In this document: piece by piece, positions 1 through 8,339 of the stretch
Layout: each line of letters opens with the position of its first letter
Position numbering within the stretch: the stretch's first letter is position 1
Assembly (NCBI GenBank): GCA_016794255.1
Contig: JAEUIL010000605.1
Coordinates: 1 to 33,228 of the forward strand
Direction: 5' to 3'
Length of the DNA stretch: 33,228 nt
DNA from: Planctomycetaceae bacterium
Lineage (GTDB): Bacteria > Planctomycetota > Planctomycetia > Pirellulales > PNKZ01
The notes under the pieces: model-generated
Told to the model about the DNA's origin: nothing
Seen by the model: only the letters and a program-made list of their open reading frames with translations
The model's database searches: none
Program-made: the position numbers and the translations under genes

Positions 1-697
1 CCAAAATCCACTGCGCGACGTTGTCGAGGAAGTACCGATCGTGGGTGACGGCGACAATCGTGCCCTTGTACTCGGCCAAGTGACGCTCGAGCCACTCGAC
101 GCTCTCGGCGTCCAAGTGGTTCGTCGGTTCGTCGAGCAGCAACAGGTCGGGCTTTTGGAGCAACATTTTGCACAGCGCCACGCGGCGTCGTTCACCGCCC
201 GAGAGGGTCGCGACCGGAGCGTCGGCCGGCGGCAACTGCATCGCATCCATCGCAATTTCGACCTGGCGTTCGAGCTCCCAGGCGTTTTTCGAGTCGATCT
301 CGTCTTGCACTCGGGCTTGCTCGGCGAGCAGCTTGTTCATTTCGGCGTCGGCGAGCGGCTCGCAGAGCTTGGCGTTGATCTCGTCGTAACGCGTCAGCAG
401 CGCGCGGGTCGCAGCCACGGCATCTTGCACGTTGCCGAAGACGTCTTTCGTCGGATCGAGCTTCGGCTCCTGGGGGACGTATCCGGCAGTGTAGCCTCCG
501 GCCAGTTTGGCAACGCCGTCGAAATCTTTGTCGTCGCCGCTCATGATCCGCAATAGGGTACTCTTGCCCGCGCCGTTCTTGCCGAGCACGCCGATTTTTG
601 CCCCGGGATAGAACGCCAACCAAATGTCGCGCAACACCTCTTTGGTGCCGTGTTTCTTGTTGAGTCGCTCGATCGTAAAGATGTGCTGCAGCGCCAT
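1..697 (-). CDS. ettA: ABC-F translational throttle ATPase EttA (5' part; runs off the window edge)
   Basis: Manual translation from ATG at 697 (absent from the ORF track): [52 protein letters not shown]...[40 protein letters not shown]...[11 protein letters not shown]. It has Walker A, the signature motif, Walker B and the EttA-typical [11 protein letters not shown]. Confidence 0.92.
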   Translation of the reverse strand, partial: MALQHIFTIERLNKKHGTKEVLRDIWLAFYPGAKIGVLGKNGAGKSTLLRIMSGDDKDFDGVAKLAGGYTAGYVPQEPKLDPTKDVFGNVQDAVAATRALLTRYDEINAKLCEPLADAEMNKLLAEQARVQDEIDSKNAWELERQVEIAMDAMQLPPADAPVATLSGGERRRVALCKMLLQKPDLLLLDEPTNHLDAESVEWLERHLAEYKGTIVAVTHDRYFLDNVAQWIL

Positions 698-961
698 GAG
701 ACCAATTCTGACAGGGAAAAGGGGGACCCGAAATGAGCCCAGTATTCTACAAGATCGTGTGCGGATCGACCAGTTAAGCTACGCAAAGTCCGTGGCCGAA
801 CGGGTTGCAAGACTGCCATAGATTTTTGGACCGCTCTAAGGCTGTGAGGAACAAGGCTTAGCCCGATGGCGACCCACGAATGGCTAGTTTGCCCGACCAC
901 ATCGTGCTACAACGATGGGCCGCGAGCGACGAACGAGGTGAATCGGCGAACTACGGACGCA

Positions 962-1957
962 ATGGCGATGCGAATCGGTGTCTTTTGTAGCGGTGGCGAT
1001 GCACCCGGCATGAACGCCTGCACTCGGGCGGTGGTGCGAGCCGCCACGACTCAGGGGCACGAGGTGGTCGGCATTCGCCGCGGCTACCAGGGCTTGCTCG
1101 AAGAAGATTTCTACATCAACGCCGCGAACGAGCGCTTGATGGATGCCCGCAGCGTCTCGGGCATCATCGGCTGGGGTGGCACGGTGCTACGAACGAGTCG
1201 TTCGCCCGAGTTCCAGACCGACGCGGGCCAGCAGAAAGCGACCGCCATTCTCCGCCAGCACCGCATCGACGGGCTGGTTGCGATCGGCGGCGACGGCACC
1301 TATCGCGGTGCGATGGCCCTAGCACGATTTTGGGACGGCCAGATCATCGGTTGCCCCGGGACCATCGACAACGATCTGGTCGGCACCGACTTCACGATCG
1401 GCTTTCACACGGCCGTCAACACCGCGGTGGAAGCAGTCGACAAACTCCGTGACACGGCTGAATCGCATGAGCGGATGTTCATTGTCGAAGTCATGGGGCG
1501 ACACAGCGGGTACATCGCGCTCTTTACAGCGCTCGCCGCCGGTGCCGAGATCGCATGCCTGCCCGAGACCGCCACCACGGCCGAACAAATCATCGCTCAA
1601 CTGCATGAGCTACGCCGCCGCGGGAAACGCTCGATCATCATCGTCGTGGCCGAGGGAGACGAGTTGGGCGGAGCGGTGAAATTGAGCGAACGTTTGGACC
1701 AGCTGGGGTGTCCGTATAGTTCGCGGGTCGTCATCTTGGGCCATATTCAGCGGGGTGGATCGCCGTCGCCGAACGATCGCATTCTCGCTGGCCGCATGGG
1801 TGACTTTGCCGTCGAGTCGATTTTGGCTGGCAAGACAGGACAGGCGGTCAGCGTGGTCTCGGGCCAAATGACACTCGTCCCTTTCAGCGAGGCCGCAAGC
1901 GGTCATCACACCGTGCCGGCCGATTATGTCCGGCTGCTCGACGTTTTGGCACAATGA
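962..1957 (+). CDS. pfkA: ATP-dependent 6-phosphofructokinase
   Basis: Motifs SGGDAPGMN, GGTVLRTSR, GGDGT, PGTIDND, EVMGR and LGHIQRGG. Gly in GGDG and in PGTIDND indicates the ATP type rather than the PPi type. Start moved to ATG 962 (968 is possible). Confidence 0.95.
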   Translation: MAMRIGVFCSGGDAPGMNACTRAVVRAATTQGHEVVGIRRGYQGLLEEDFYINAANERLMDARSVSGIIGWGGTVLRTSRSPEFQTDAGQQKATAILRQHRIDGLVAIGGDGTYRGAMALARFWDGQIIGCPGTIDNDLVGTDFTIGFHTAVNTAVEAVDKLRDTAESHERMFIVEVMGRHSGYIALFTALAAGAEIACLPETATTAEQIIAQLHELRRRGKRSIIIVVAEGDELGGAVKLSERLDQLGCPYSSRVVILGHIQRGGSPSPNDRILAGRMGDFAVESILAGKTGQAVSVVSGQMTLVPFSEAASGHHTVPADYVRLLDVLAQ

Positions 1958-1990
1958 TGACTGGCCAAGCATGATCGACGAACAACTTCC

Positions 1991-2061
1991 GTAGTCGAAC
2001 ACGCCAGAGTTCGGGCGTCCTGTGACAAGGCCGCTACCCGAACTCTGGCGAGTTCGGCTAC
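1991..2061. repeat. GTAG-type REP doublet (REPIN-like inverted repeat)
   Basis: GTAGTCGAACACGCCAGAGTTCGGG (1991-2015) and the reverse complement of 2037-2061 (GTAGCCGAACTCGCCAGAGTTCGGG) match at 23/25. Each arm is GTAG followed by its own short palindrome. Confidence 0.8.
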
Positions 2062-2108
2062 TCTACGACCAGTTACTCTCACTTTCATCTTTAACGACCC
2101 TCCCCGCC

Positions 2109-3125
2109 ATGCCGCCCATTCGTGTTGCTGTTCTCGGTGCGACCGGTTACTCCGCGTTGGAGCTCATTAAGCTGTTGCTCCGCCCGCCACAGGCCGAGAT
2201 CACCGCGGTCACCAGTCGCCAAGAGGGGCAACTGCCGCTGAGCAGCGTGCATCAATCGCTCGCGGGCAAGACGAACCTCAAGCTCGAAGACCTCACGCCG
2301 GCCCAAGTTGCCGAACGGGCCGACTGTGTCTTCGCTTGCTTGCCGCACGGGGTCACCACGTCGGTCGTGCCACAGTATCGCGCCGCGGGTTGCAAGGTGA
2401 TCGACCTCAGCGCCGATTACCGGCTCAAAGATCCGGCGGTGTACGAGAAGTGGTACGGTGAGAAGCACGGCGATCCCGGCCGACTCGGCGAAGCGGTGTA
2501 TGGCTTGCCCGAGTTGTTTCGCCCGCAGATCCCGTCGGCCGCGTTGATCGCCAATCCGGGTTGTTACCCGACCACGTCAATCTTGGCGCTCGCGCCGCTG
2601 TTGAAGGCCGGCTTGATCGAGTCGAGCGGGATTATCATCGACGCCAAGAGCGGTGTCTCCGGCGCGGGCCGGGCTCCGAAACAGAATTTTCTGTACTGCG
2701 AGTGTAACGAAAGCATCTCGGCCTATGGTGTGGGCAAGCATCGTCACACGCCCGAGATTGAGCAGGTGCTCGGCACTTCGGCGGGCCTCGACGTGAGCGT
2801 GATCTTCACGCCGCATCTGACACCGATGGACCGCGGCATCTTGGCGACGGCGTACTCGGTTGCCAAGCGACAGCTCACCGACGCACAGGTGCTCGCCGTG
2901 CTGCGCGAGTTCTACGCGGCCGAGTCGTTTGTGACCGTGGTCGATCATTTGCCAGCGACCAAAGACGTGGCTCATACGAACATGACGCACATCACGGCCC
3001 GCGTGGTCAAGGATCGGATCATCACGGTGAGTTGCCTCGACAATTTGATCAAAGGTGCCAGCGGTGCCGCGGTGCAAAACTTCAATCTCATCTACGGCTT
3101 CGACGAAACCACGGCTTTACTGTAG
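2109..3125 (+). CDS. argC: N-acetyl-gamma-glutamyl-phosphate reductase
   Basis: Motifs [29 protein letters not shown] (catalytic Cys), [15 protein letters not shown] and [14 protein letters not shown]. Start at ATG 2109. Confidence 0.96.
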   Translation: MPPIRVAVLGATGYSALELIKLLLRPPQAEITAVTSRQEGQLPLSSVHQSLAGKTNLKLEDLTPAQVAERADCVFACLPHGVTTSVVPQYRAAGCKVIDLSADYRLKDPAVYEKWYGEKHGDPGRLGEAVYGLPELFRPQIPSAALIANPGCYPTTSILALAPLLKAGLIESSGIIIDAKSGVSGAGRAPKQNFLYCECNESISAYGVGKHRHTPEIEQVLGTSAGLDVSVIFTPHLTPMDRGILATAYSVAKRQLTDAQVLAVLREFYAAESFVTVVDHLPATKDVAHTNMTHITARVVKDRIITVSCLDNLIKGASGAAVQNFNLIYGFDETTALL

Positions 3126-3141
3126 TTCGTCCACCAGCACG

Positions 3142-3165
3142 TACTCACCTACTCACTTACTCACC
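3142..3165. repeat. Tandem octamer (TACTCACY)x3, copy 1
   Basis: TACTCACC TACTCACT TACTCACC in the argC-argJ spacer, identical to 5391-5414. Confidence 0.85.
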
Positions 3166-3180
3166 TGCCCCCCCCACCCC

Positions 3181-4365
3181 ATGCTTCCACAAGGTTTCTC
3201 CGCCTCGGGCATCTATTGCGGCATCAAGACCGATGCGTCGAAGCTCGACTTGAGTTTGTTCGTCTCCGACCGACCGGCGACCGCCGCGGGAGTGTATACC
3301 ACGAACCTCATCCACGCCGCGCCGGTGGCACTCGATCGATCGCGCACGCCGAGCCAGGCGATCCGCGCAGTCGTGGTTAACTCGGGTAACGCCAACGCCT
3401 GCACGGGCGACCGCGGCTACCAAGACTGCGTGCGCATGGCTGAGTTGGCGGGCACGGCGGTCGGTGCCAAAGGGGAAGAGGTGCTCGTCATGTCGACCGG
3501 TGTCATCGGTCGATTCTTGCCGATGGACACGATCGCGACCGGCATCACGACGTGTCGCAGCAAGCTGGCCACCGACAACGACGCGCTCGTCCGAGCCGCC
3601 AGCGGCATTCTGACCACCGACACACGGCACAAAATCGCCACGCGCGAGCTCACCCTCGGCGGACGCACGATTCGCATCACCGGCGTGTGCAAAGGGGCCG
3701 CGATGATCGGCCCGAAAATGGCGACTATGCTCGGTTTGATCATGACCGATGCCGCACTCGCCCCGGCCGATGCCCAAAAGCTGCTCACGGCTGCGACCGA
3801 GGACAGCTTCAACTGCATCAGCGTTGATGGTCACATGAGCACCAACGACACCGTGCTGTTGGTCGCCAACGGTGCCGCTGGCGGAGCGACGCTCACGAGC
3901 CACGATTTGGCCACGTTCGGCAAAGTGCTCGCCGAGGTTTGCACCGAGCTGGCGATCATGATTCCGACCGATGGCGAAGGGGCCACGCATCTCGTGACGA
4001 TCGATGTCGAAGGTTGTGCCAATCGCGACACCGCGCGGTTGATCGCCAAGACGATCGCCGAAAGCGCCTTGGTCAAAACGGCAATCGCGGGCGCCGATCC
4101 GAACTGGGGGCGCATTGTCTCGGCCGCGGGTTACTCGGGCGTCCCCTTCGATCCGGCCAAGGTCTGCTTGTGGGTCAACGGCATGCAACTGTACTTGAAC
4201 GGCGCCCCCGTCGCGTTCGACGCCAAAGATGCGAGTCGCTCGATCCGTGAAAATCGCGACACGGCCGTGCGAATCACCTTTGGCGAGGGGACCGCGGCGC
4301 TGCGGTTTTGGACCACGGATCTGACGGCCGAGTACGTACGCCTCAACGCTGATTACACCACATGA
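3181..4365 (+). CDS. argJ: Bifunctional ornithine acetyltransferase / N-acetylglutamate synthase
   Basis: Motifs NSGNANACTG, STGVIG, ILTTDT, KGAAMIGPKMATML (autoproteolysis site A-T), STNDT, DGEGAT, DPNWGRI and the C-terminal YVRLNADYTT. Confidence 0.96.
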   Translation: MLPQGFSASGIYCGIKTDASKLDLSLFVSDRPATAAGVYTTNLIHAAPVALDRSRTPSQAIRAVVVNSGNANACTGDRGYQDCVRMAELAGTAVGAKGEEVLVMSTGVIGRFLPMDTIATGITTCRSKLATDNDALVRAASGILTTDTRHKIATRELTLGGRTIRITGVCKGAAMIGPKMATMLGLIMTDAALAPADAQKLLTAATEDSFNCISVDGHMSTNDTVLLVANGAAGGATLTSHDLATFGKVLAEVCTELAIMIPTDGEGATHLVTIDVEGCANRDTARLIAKTIAESALVKTAIAGADPNWGRIVSAAGYSGVPFDPAKVCLWVNGMQLYLNGAPVAFDAKDASRSIRENRDTAVRITFGEGTAALRFWTTDLTAEYVRLNADYTT

Positions 4366-5363
4366 CGACTGGCATCCGGCGACTTCGCCGCGGCGCGGTC
4401 GTCTTCGGCTTAACCATCGCGACGGCGATCGTCGGCTACCGGTTGCTCTTTCACCGGACGTGGCTCGACGCGATCTATATGACCGTCATCACGCTCGCCA
4501 CGATCGGCTATGGCGAGCACAGCGATCTGCCCCCCAGCGAGCAGTTGTTCACGATCTTCGTGATCATCATCGGCTTAGCGGCGTCGGCCTATACCATCGG
4601 AGGATTATTGAACATGGCGCTCGAAGGCGAAGTCGAAAAGGCCTTGGGTCTGCACCGGGCCAACAAGGCCATCGAACGCATGCATGGCCACGTGATCATC
4701 TGCGGCTACGGCCGCGTGGGTCAGATCCTGGCCGTTGAACTCGACAAGCAACGCACGCCGTTCGTGGTCATCGATCGCGACCCGGCCAAGACCGCCGTGG
4801 CGGCCAACGATAACCACATCACGATCACCGGCGACGCGACCGAAGAAGAAGTGCTGGCCAGCGTGGGTGTCACCCGGGCCAAGACGTTAGTCACGGCCTT
4901 TTCCAATGACGCAGCGAACGTCTTTATCACGCTCACGGCGCGCGATTTGAATCCGCACTTGCAGATCATTGCTCGAGCCGAGCAACCGTCGACGCAAAAG
5001 AAATTGATTCAGGCGGGGGCAAATCGCGTGGTGCTCCCCGCTTCGATCGGAGCCCAGCGAATTGCGGCACTCATCACGCGCCCCTCGACGCTCGAGTTGA
5101 TGGAGCTCGTCGCCGGCCAGTCGGTCATGGATGTGATTGTTGATGAAATTGTGATCCCCACGCATTCGCCGATGATTAGCAAGACGGTGATGGACACCGA
5201 GGCTCGGCGGCGGCACGGGTTGCTTGTCGTGGCGGTCAAACGAGCCGAAGGGAGCATGATATTCAATCCAGACACGAATTTCACATTCCGTGAAGGGGAC
5301 GTCGTGATCGTGATGGGCAAGCCCGACGACATCGCCCGCTGCCGTAAGGAATACGGCGTCTAA
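4362..5363 (+). CDS. Potassium channel protein (2-TM pore plus TrkA-N/TrkA-C RCK domains)
   Basis: TIGYG selectivity filter between two TM helices, GYGRVG Rossmann motif, GDAT and a C-terminal TrkA-C-like domain. ATGA overlap with the argJ stop. Confidence 0.92.
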   Translation: MTTGIRRLRRGAVVFGLTIATAIVGYRLLFHRTWLDAIYMTVITLATIGYGEHSDLPPSEQLFTIFVIIIGLAASAYTIGGLLNMALEGEVEKALGLHRANKAIERMHGHVIICGYGRVGQILAVELDKQRTPFVVIDRDPAKTAVAANDNHITITGDATEEEVLASVGVTRAKTLVTAFSNDAANVFITLTARDLNPHLQIIARAEQPSTQKKLIQAGANRVVLPASIGAQRIAALITRPSTLELMELVAGQSVMDVIVDEIVIPTHSPMISKTVMDTEARRRHGLLVVAVKRAEGSMIFNPDTNFTFREGDVVIVMGKPDDIARCRKEYGV

Positions 5364-5390
5364 CGCTCGCCTCGCGATGTACAAACCACT

Positions 5391-5414
5391 TACTCACCTA
5401 CTCACTTACTCACC
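5391..5414. repeat. Tandem octamer (TACTCACY)x3, copy 2
   Basis: Same 24-mer as 3142-3165, preceded by a degenerate unit AAACCACT. Confidence 0.85.
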
Positions 5415-5486
5415 CCTACCTTCCCCACCGCAAGATTTCTCTCCCGCGACTAGACACGCCCCGTGCGTCGAATCAGAATGCGACGC

Positions 5487-5678
5487 ATGAGCCCCGACAA
5501 ACGGCGATCATTGCAGGCCCGTTGGTTTGCGATCGAGCAAGAATTGAACGACTTGCTCGACGGTCGCGTTGCTATTGGCTCCGATCCCGCGAGTCGTGAG
5601 GCTGAACTGCGGGAAGAGCAAGACGAGATTGAGTTCGAGTTGTCATCCGATCAACTCGACTGCGGGCTGAGCGAGTAG
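5487..5678 (+). CDS. Small acidic helical hypothetical protein (about 63 aa)
   Basis: MSPDKRRSLQARWFAIEQELNDLLDG...EAELREEQDEIEFELS looks like a helical hairpin and fills an otherwise empty gap. Start could be 5478 or 5487. Confidence 0.55.
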   Translation: MSPDKRRSLQARWFAIEQELNDLLDGRVAIGSDPASREAELREEQDEIEFELSSDQLDCGLSE

Positions 5679-5697
5679 CGTCCGCTCGCGATGTGCT

Positions 5698-5724
5698 TGA
5701 GCACGCAACTTCGCGACGTGCTCA
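5698..5724. terminator. Hairpin between convergent genes
   Basis: TGAGCACG-N11-CGTGCTCA overlapping the stop of the cytochrome c/WD40 gene. No U-tract. Confidence 0.35.
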
Positions 5725-7098
5725 GCGGGCTGCGGCTTGCGTGACGGCTTTGACCGGCACGGGCGTGAGCGACTTCGCGAGCTTGCCGGCGGGAAGCTCA
5801 TAGACATCCAGCTTGCCACTCTTGCCCCCCACGACAAGCTGCGTGCCATCGCGATTTAGAGCAATCGCAAACACCGGTGCGGCGACTCCAGTAACTAAGC
5901 CGGTGCGACGTTGATCGGCCAACGTGAAGACGCGGATATCACCGAACCGACCCGCGGCGGCGAGCAACTTGCGATCGCCACTCACGGCCAAGTCGAGCAC
6001 CTCGCCCGGCGGCGCTTCAAATGCACGGACATATTGATCGCGGCGGCTCACCGGTCGTGCGCCGTTGCCCGAGCCCGTCACCTCGACGTTCTGCAGCGCG
6101 ACGTTGAGCGTGTAGCCGGTCATACCCCGGGCCAAACCGGCTGAGACCGCCAGATTGCCGTCGGCCACCACGGCGTTGATCCGTTCGAGAGCGGTGTCAA
6201 CGGTGCGCAGCAACTCGCCGCTTTCGACCGACGCGACTTTTGTGGTCTTATCGCGCCCGGCCGTGATGAGCTTCGTTCCATCGACCGTCCACGCCACATC
6301 GACACACCAATCGCTGTGCAATTCGAGACGACGCACGTTGCCCCTCGCCTCGACCGGCACGAGATACACGGCCCCCTCGGCACTGCCGAGCGCCACGTGC
6401 TTGCCATCGGGCGAGAAGCCGCCACGGAATAGGGTGTCGCTGCTCAGACGCCGTTTCAAGACAGGCTGTTTCTTGGCGACGTCGAATATGGTCAGCTCAC
6501 CGAATTGGGCCGGAGTTCCACCGGCTGCGGCAAGCAACTTGCCGTCAGGGCTGAACTCGACGAACGTCACCAAATCGCTCTCGGTCGCCAAGCGAATCGG
6601 CGGCGTTTCATCCACGAGCGAGACGATGACCACTTCGCTACGACAAGCACAGGCCACACGCAAGCCGTCCGGATGATACGCCACCGACGTGATCGAGGGG
6701 GCGTAATCATAGGTGGCGGGAATTTTGACCGTCGCACCTGCGTCAACCGGCATCGAGTCGATCTTGGCACCGGCTTCGATCCAGCGACGCAAGATGGCCA
6801 CCTTGGCCGCGCCGATCGGCGGTTGCTTGGGGGGCATGGCCGGCTTGTCGCCCGAGACTTGCTCGATCAACGAACTCTCGTCGGGCTTGCCCGGCACGAT
6901 GATCGGGCCACTCTCGCCACCTTTGCGTAGGTGCGTCTCGGCGTCGAGTCGGAGCGCCCCTTGTGGTTTGTCGCCCGAGTGACAACTCCAGCAATGTTGC
7001 CGTAAGATCGGCCAAACGTCCTTGGCGAAACTCACCTCGTCGGCTTGAGCCGAGAGTGTGAGATTGACAATCAACAGTGCGAAGAGCAGCGAGCGCAT
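5722..7098 (-). CDS. Secreted planctomycete cytochrome c domain plus WD40 repeat protein
   Basis: Signal peptide MRSLLFALLIVNLTLSAQA, then VSFAKDVWPILRQHCWSCH (CxxCH), IVPGKPDESSL, MPP and WIEAGA, followed by WD40-like repeats (FSPDGKLLAAAGG, HSDW, TAGRDKT). Confidence 0.88.
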   Translation of the reverse strand: MRSLLFALLIVNLTLSAQADEVSFAKDVWPILRQHCWSCHSGDKPQGALRLDAETHLRKGGESGPIIVPGKPDESSLIEQVSGDKPAMPPKQPPIGAAKVAILRRWIEAGAKIDSMPVDAGATVKIPATYDYAPSITSVAYHPDGLRVACACRSEVVIVSLVDETPPIRLATESDLVTFVEFSPDGKLLAAAGGTPAQFGELTIFDVAKKQPVLKRRLSSDTLFRGGFSPDGKHVALGSAEGAVYLVPVEARGNVRRLELHSDWCVDVAWTVDGTKLITAGRDKTTKVASVESGELLRTVDTALERINAVVADGNLAVSAGLARGMTGYTLNVALQNVEVTGSGNGARPVSRRDQYVRAFEAPPGEVLDLAVSGDRKLLAAAGRFGDIRVFTLADQRRTGLVTGVAAPVFAIALNRDGTQLVVGGKSGKLDVYELPAGKLAKSLTPVPVKAVTQAAAR

Positions 7099-7138
7099 GG
7101 GTGAGTGTTTTCGTTTCAGGTAATGAGGCCGAGGTGAG

Positions 7139-8179
7139 TTACTTTTTCTCAACCGCATCGCAGGCCAATTGCCACAGCTCGGCGATCTTGAGTTTGTGCT
7201 GGTACGCCAAATCGTCGCCCACCTGGCGAATCACAATCAGGTCCAAACTCGGCACGATCAGCATGCTGTTGTCGTACCGACCGAGTGCCGCGTAGGCATC
7301 GGTGGGCGTGCCGGGCCATTTCTTGCCGGTCGTGTTGTTCCACCACAGGTAGCCGTACTCGGGATTCAATTTCTGCGAGGGGCCGGTGGCCTCTTTGACC
7401 CACGAGCTGCTCAAGACCTGCTTGTCTTGCCAACGACCTTCACGCAGGAACAACAGACCAAACCGGGCCAACGAACGGGCGTTGATATGCAAACCCGAGT
7501 ATGAGAGCGTGCGCTGTTCGCGTTGTTCCCAATGCCAATCTTGCGGCTGAATGCCGATCGGCCGGAAGACGAATTCGTCCAGCGTCTTATCGGGTTCGAC
7601 GCCCGTGGCTTGCTTCATAACGGGGCTCAGGAGCGCCAAGCCGGTGTTGTTGTAGTCCCATTTCGTGCCCGGCTTGAAGTCTTGCGGCGCTTCGTACATC
7701 GAATAACTAAAGACGTTGGGCATCGTCGGCAACTTGGCATTGTTGTGCACGCCCGTGGTCATGCTGATCAACTGACGAACGGTGATCTCTTTTTTGTCGG
7801 CGGGTTTCACGTCGGGCACGAACCGACCGACGTTGTCGTCAAGCGACAGCTTGCCCTGCGCGATGGCGACACCGGCCGCGGTGCTGGCGAACGATTTCGA
7901 GGTGGAATAGACGAGATACTTGCTGGCCGGCGTGGCCTCGTTGAAGTACCACTCGCCAACGATCTGACCATGACGAATGACCATGCCGGTCTTGCTGCCA
8001 TGAGTGCCGAGCCACTGTCGCACTTTGTCGACACCCTCGGCCGACATCCCTTGGCTGGCCGGGGTTGCCGTCTGCCACTGCGGCACGGGCCACGCAGGTT
8101 CGGCGGCTGTCGATCGAGTGACGCTCGTCGTGAGCGCAAGCACGGCCAAAACGAGAGCAAACGAACGGCGAGCGAGCAT
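7139..8179 (-). CDS. Secreted serine hydrolase, beta-lactamase class C / AmpC-like family
   Basis: SxxK motif (STSK), ITVRQLISMTTG, YxN motif (PGTKWDYNN), LARFGLLFL and YGYLWW. Signal peptide from ATG 8179. Confidence 0.88.
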   Translation of the reverse strand: MLARRSFALVLAVLALTTSVTRSTAAEPAWPVPQWQTATPASQGMSAEGVDKVRQWLGTHGSKTGMVIRHGQIVGEWYFNEATPASKYLVYSTSKSFASTAAGVAIAQGKLSLDDNVGRFVPDVKPADKKEITVRQLISMTTGVHNNAKLPTMPNVFSYSMYEAPQDFKPGTKWDYNNTGLALLSPVMKQATGVEPDKTLDEFVFRPIGIQPQDWHWEQREQRTLSYSGLHINARSLARFGLLFLREGRWQDKQVLSSSWVKEATGPSQKLNPEYGYLWWNNTTGKKWPGTPTDAYAALGRYDNSMLIVPSLDLIVIRQVGDDLAYQHKLKIAELWQLACDAVEKK

Positions 8180-8339
8180 GGGGCGACACTCCACGAGGCG
8201 GGTGAGAGAATGCGAGGCTGGCCCCCGATCATCCGACAACGACCCGTGGAATGCAACCGAAAAGTGGTTATGCAAGCCGTGGAGTGTGCGGTCTGCTGAC
8301 GGATTCCGTCCCCGGGACGAATCGACTTACAACAAGCCG

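Noticed and set aside
41-556. 171-aa plus-strand ORF and many other long antisense ORFs (e.g. 3157-4188, 8721-9806, 13395-14147, 28534-29403, 31631-32308)
   Set aside because: These are shadow frames opposite well-supported genes, which is expected in high-GC DNA. They contain no recognisable motifs.
3142-3165. Possible CRISPR repeat (24-mer present twice)
   Set aside because: Only two copies 2.2 kb apart, internally periodic, with no spacers and no cas genes.
3168-3175. C8 homopolymer before argJ as a phase-variation tract
   Set aside because: It is short, intergenic and precedes a housekeeping gene, and it fits the general C-rich leader pattern.
7139-8179. Antibiotic-resistance beta-lactamase
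   Set aside because: SxxK and YxN are shared across the serine hydrolase family. The KTG triad is absent (ALG), so resistance is not supported.
8298-8330. Short palindromes after the sulfatase stop (GACGGA-T-TCCGTC; GATTCCGTC...GACGAATC)
   Set aside because: Could be a degenerate solitary REP or a terminator, but it is a single imperfect copy and too weak to call.
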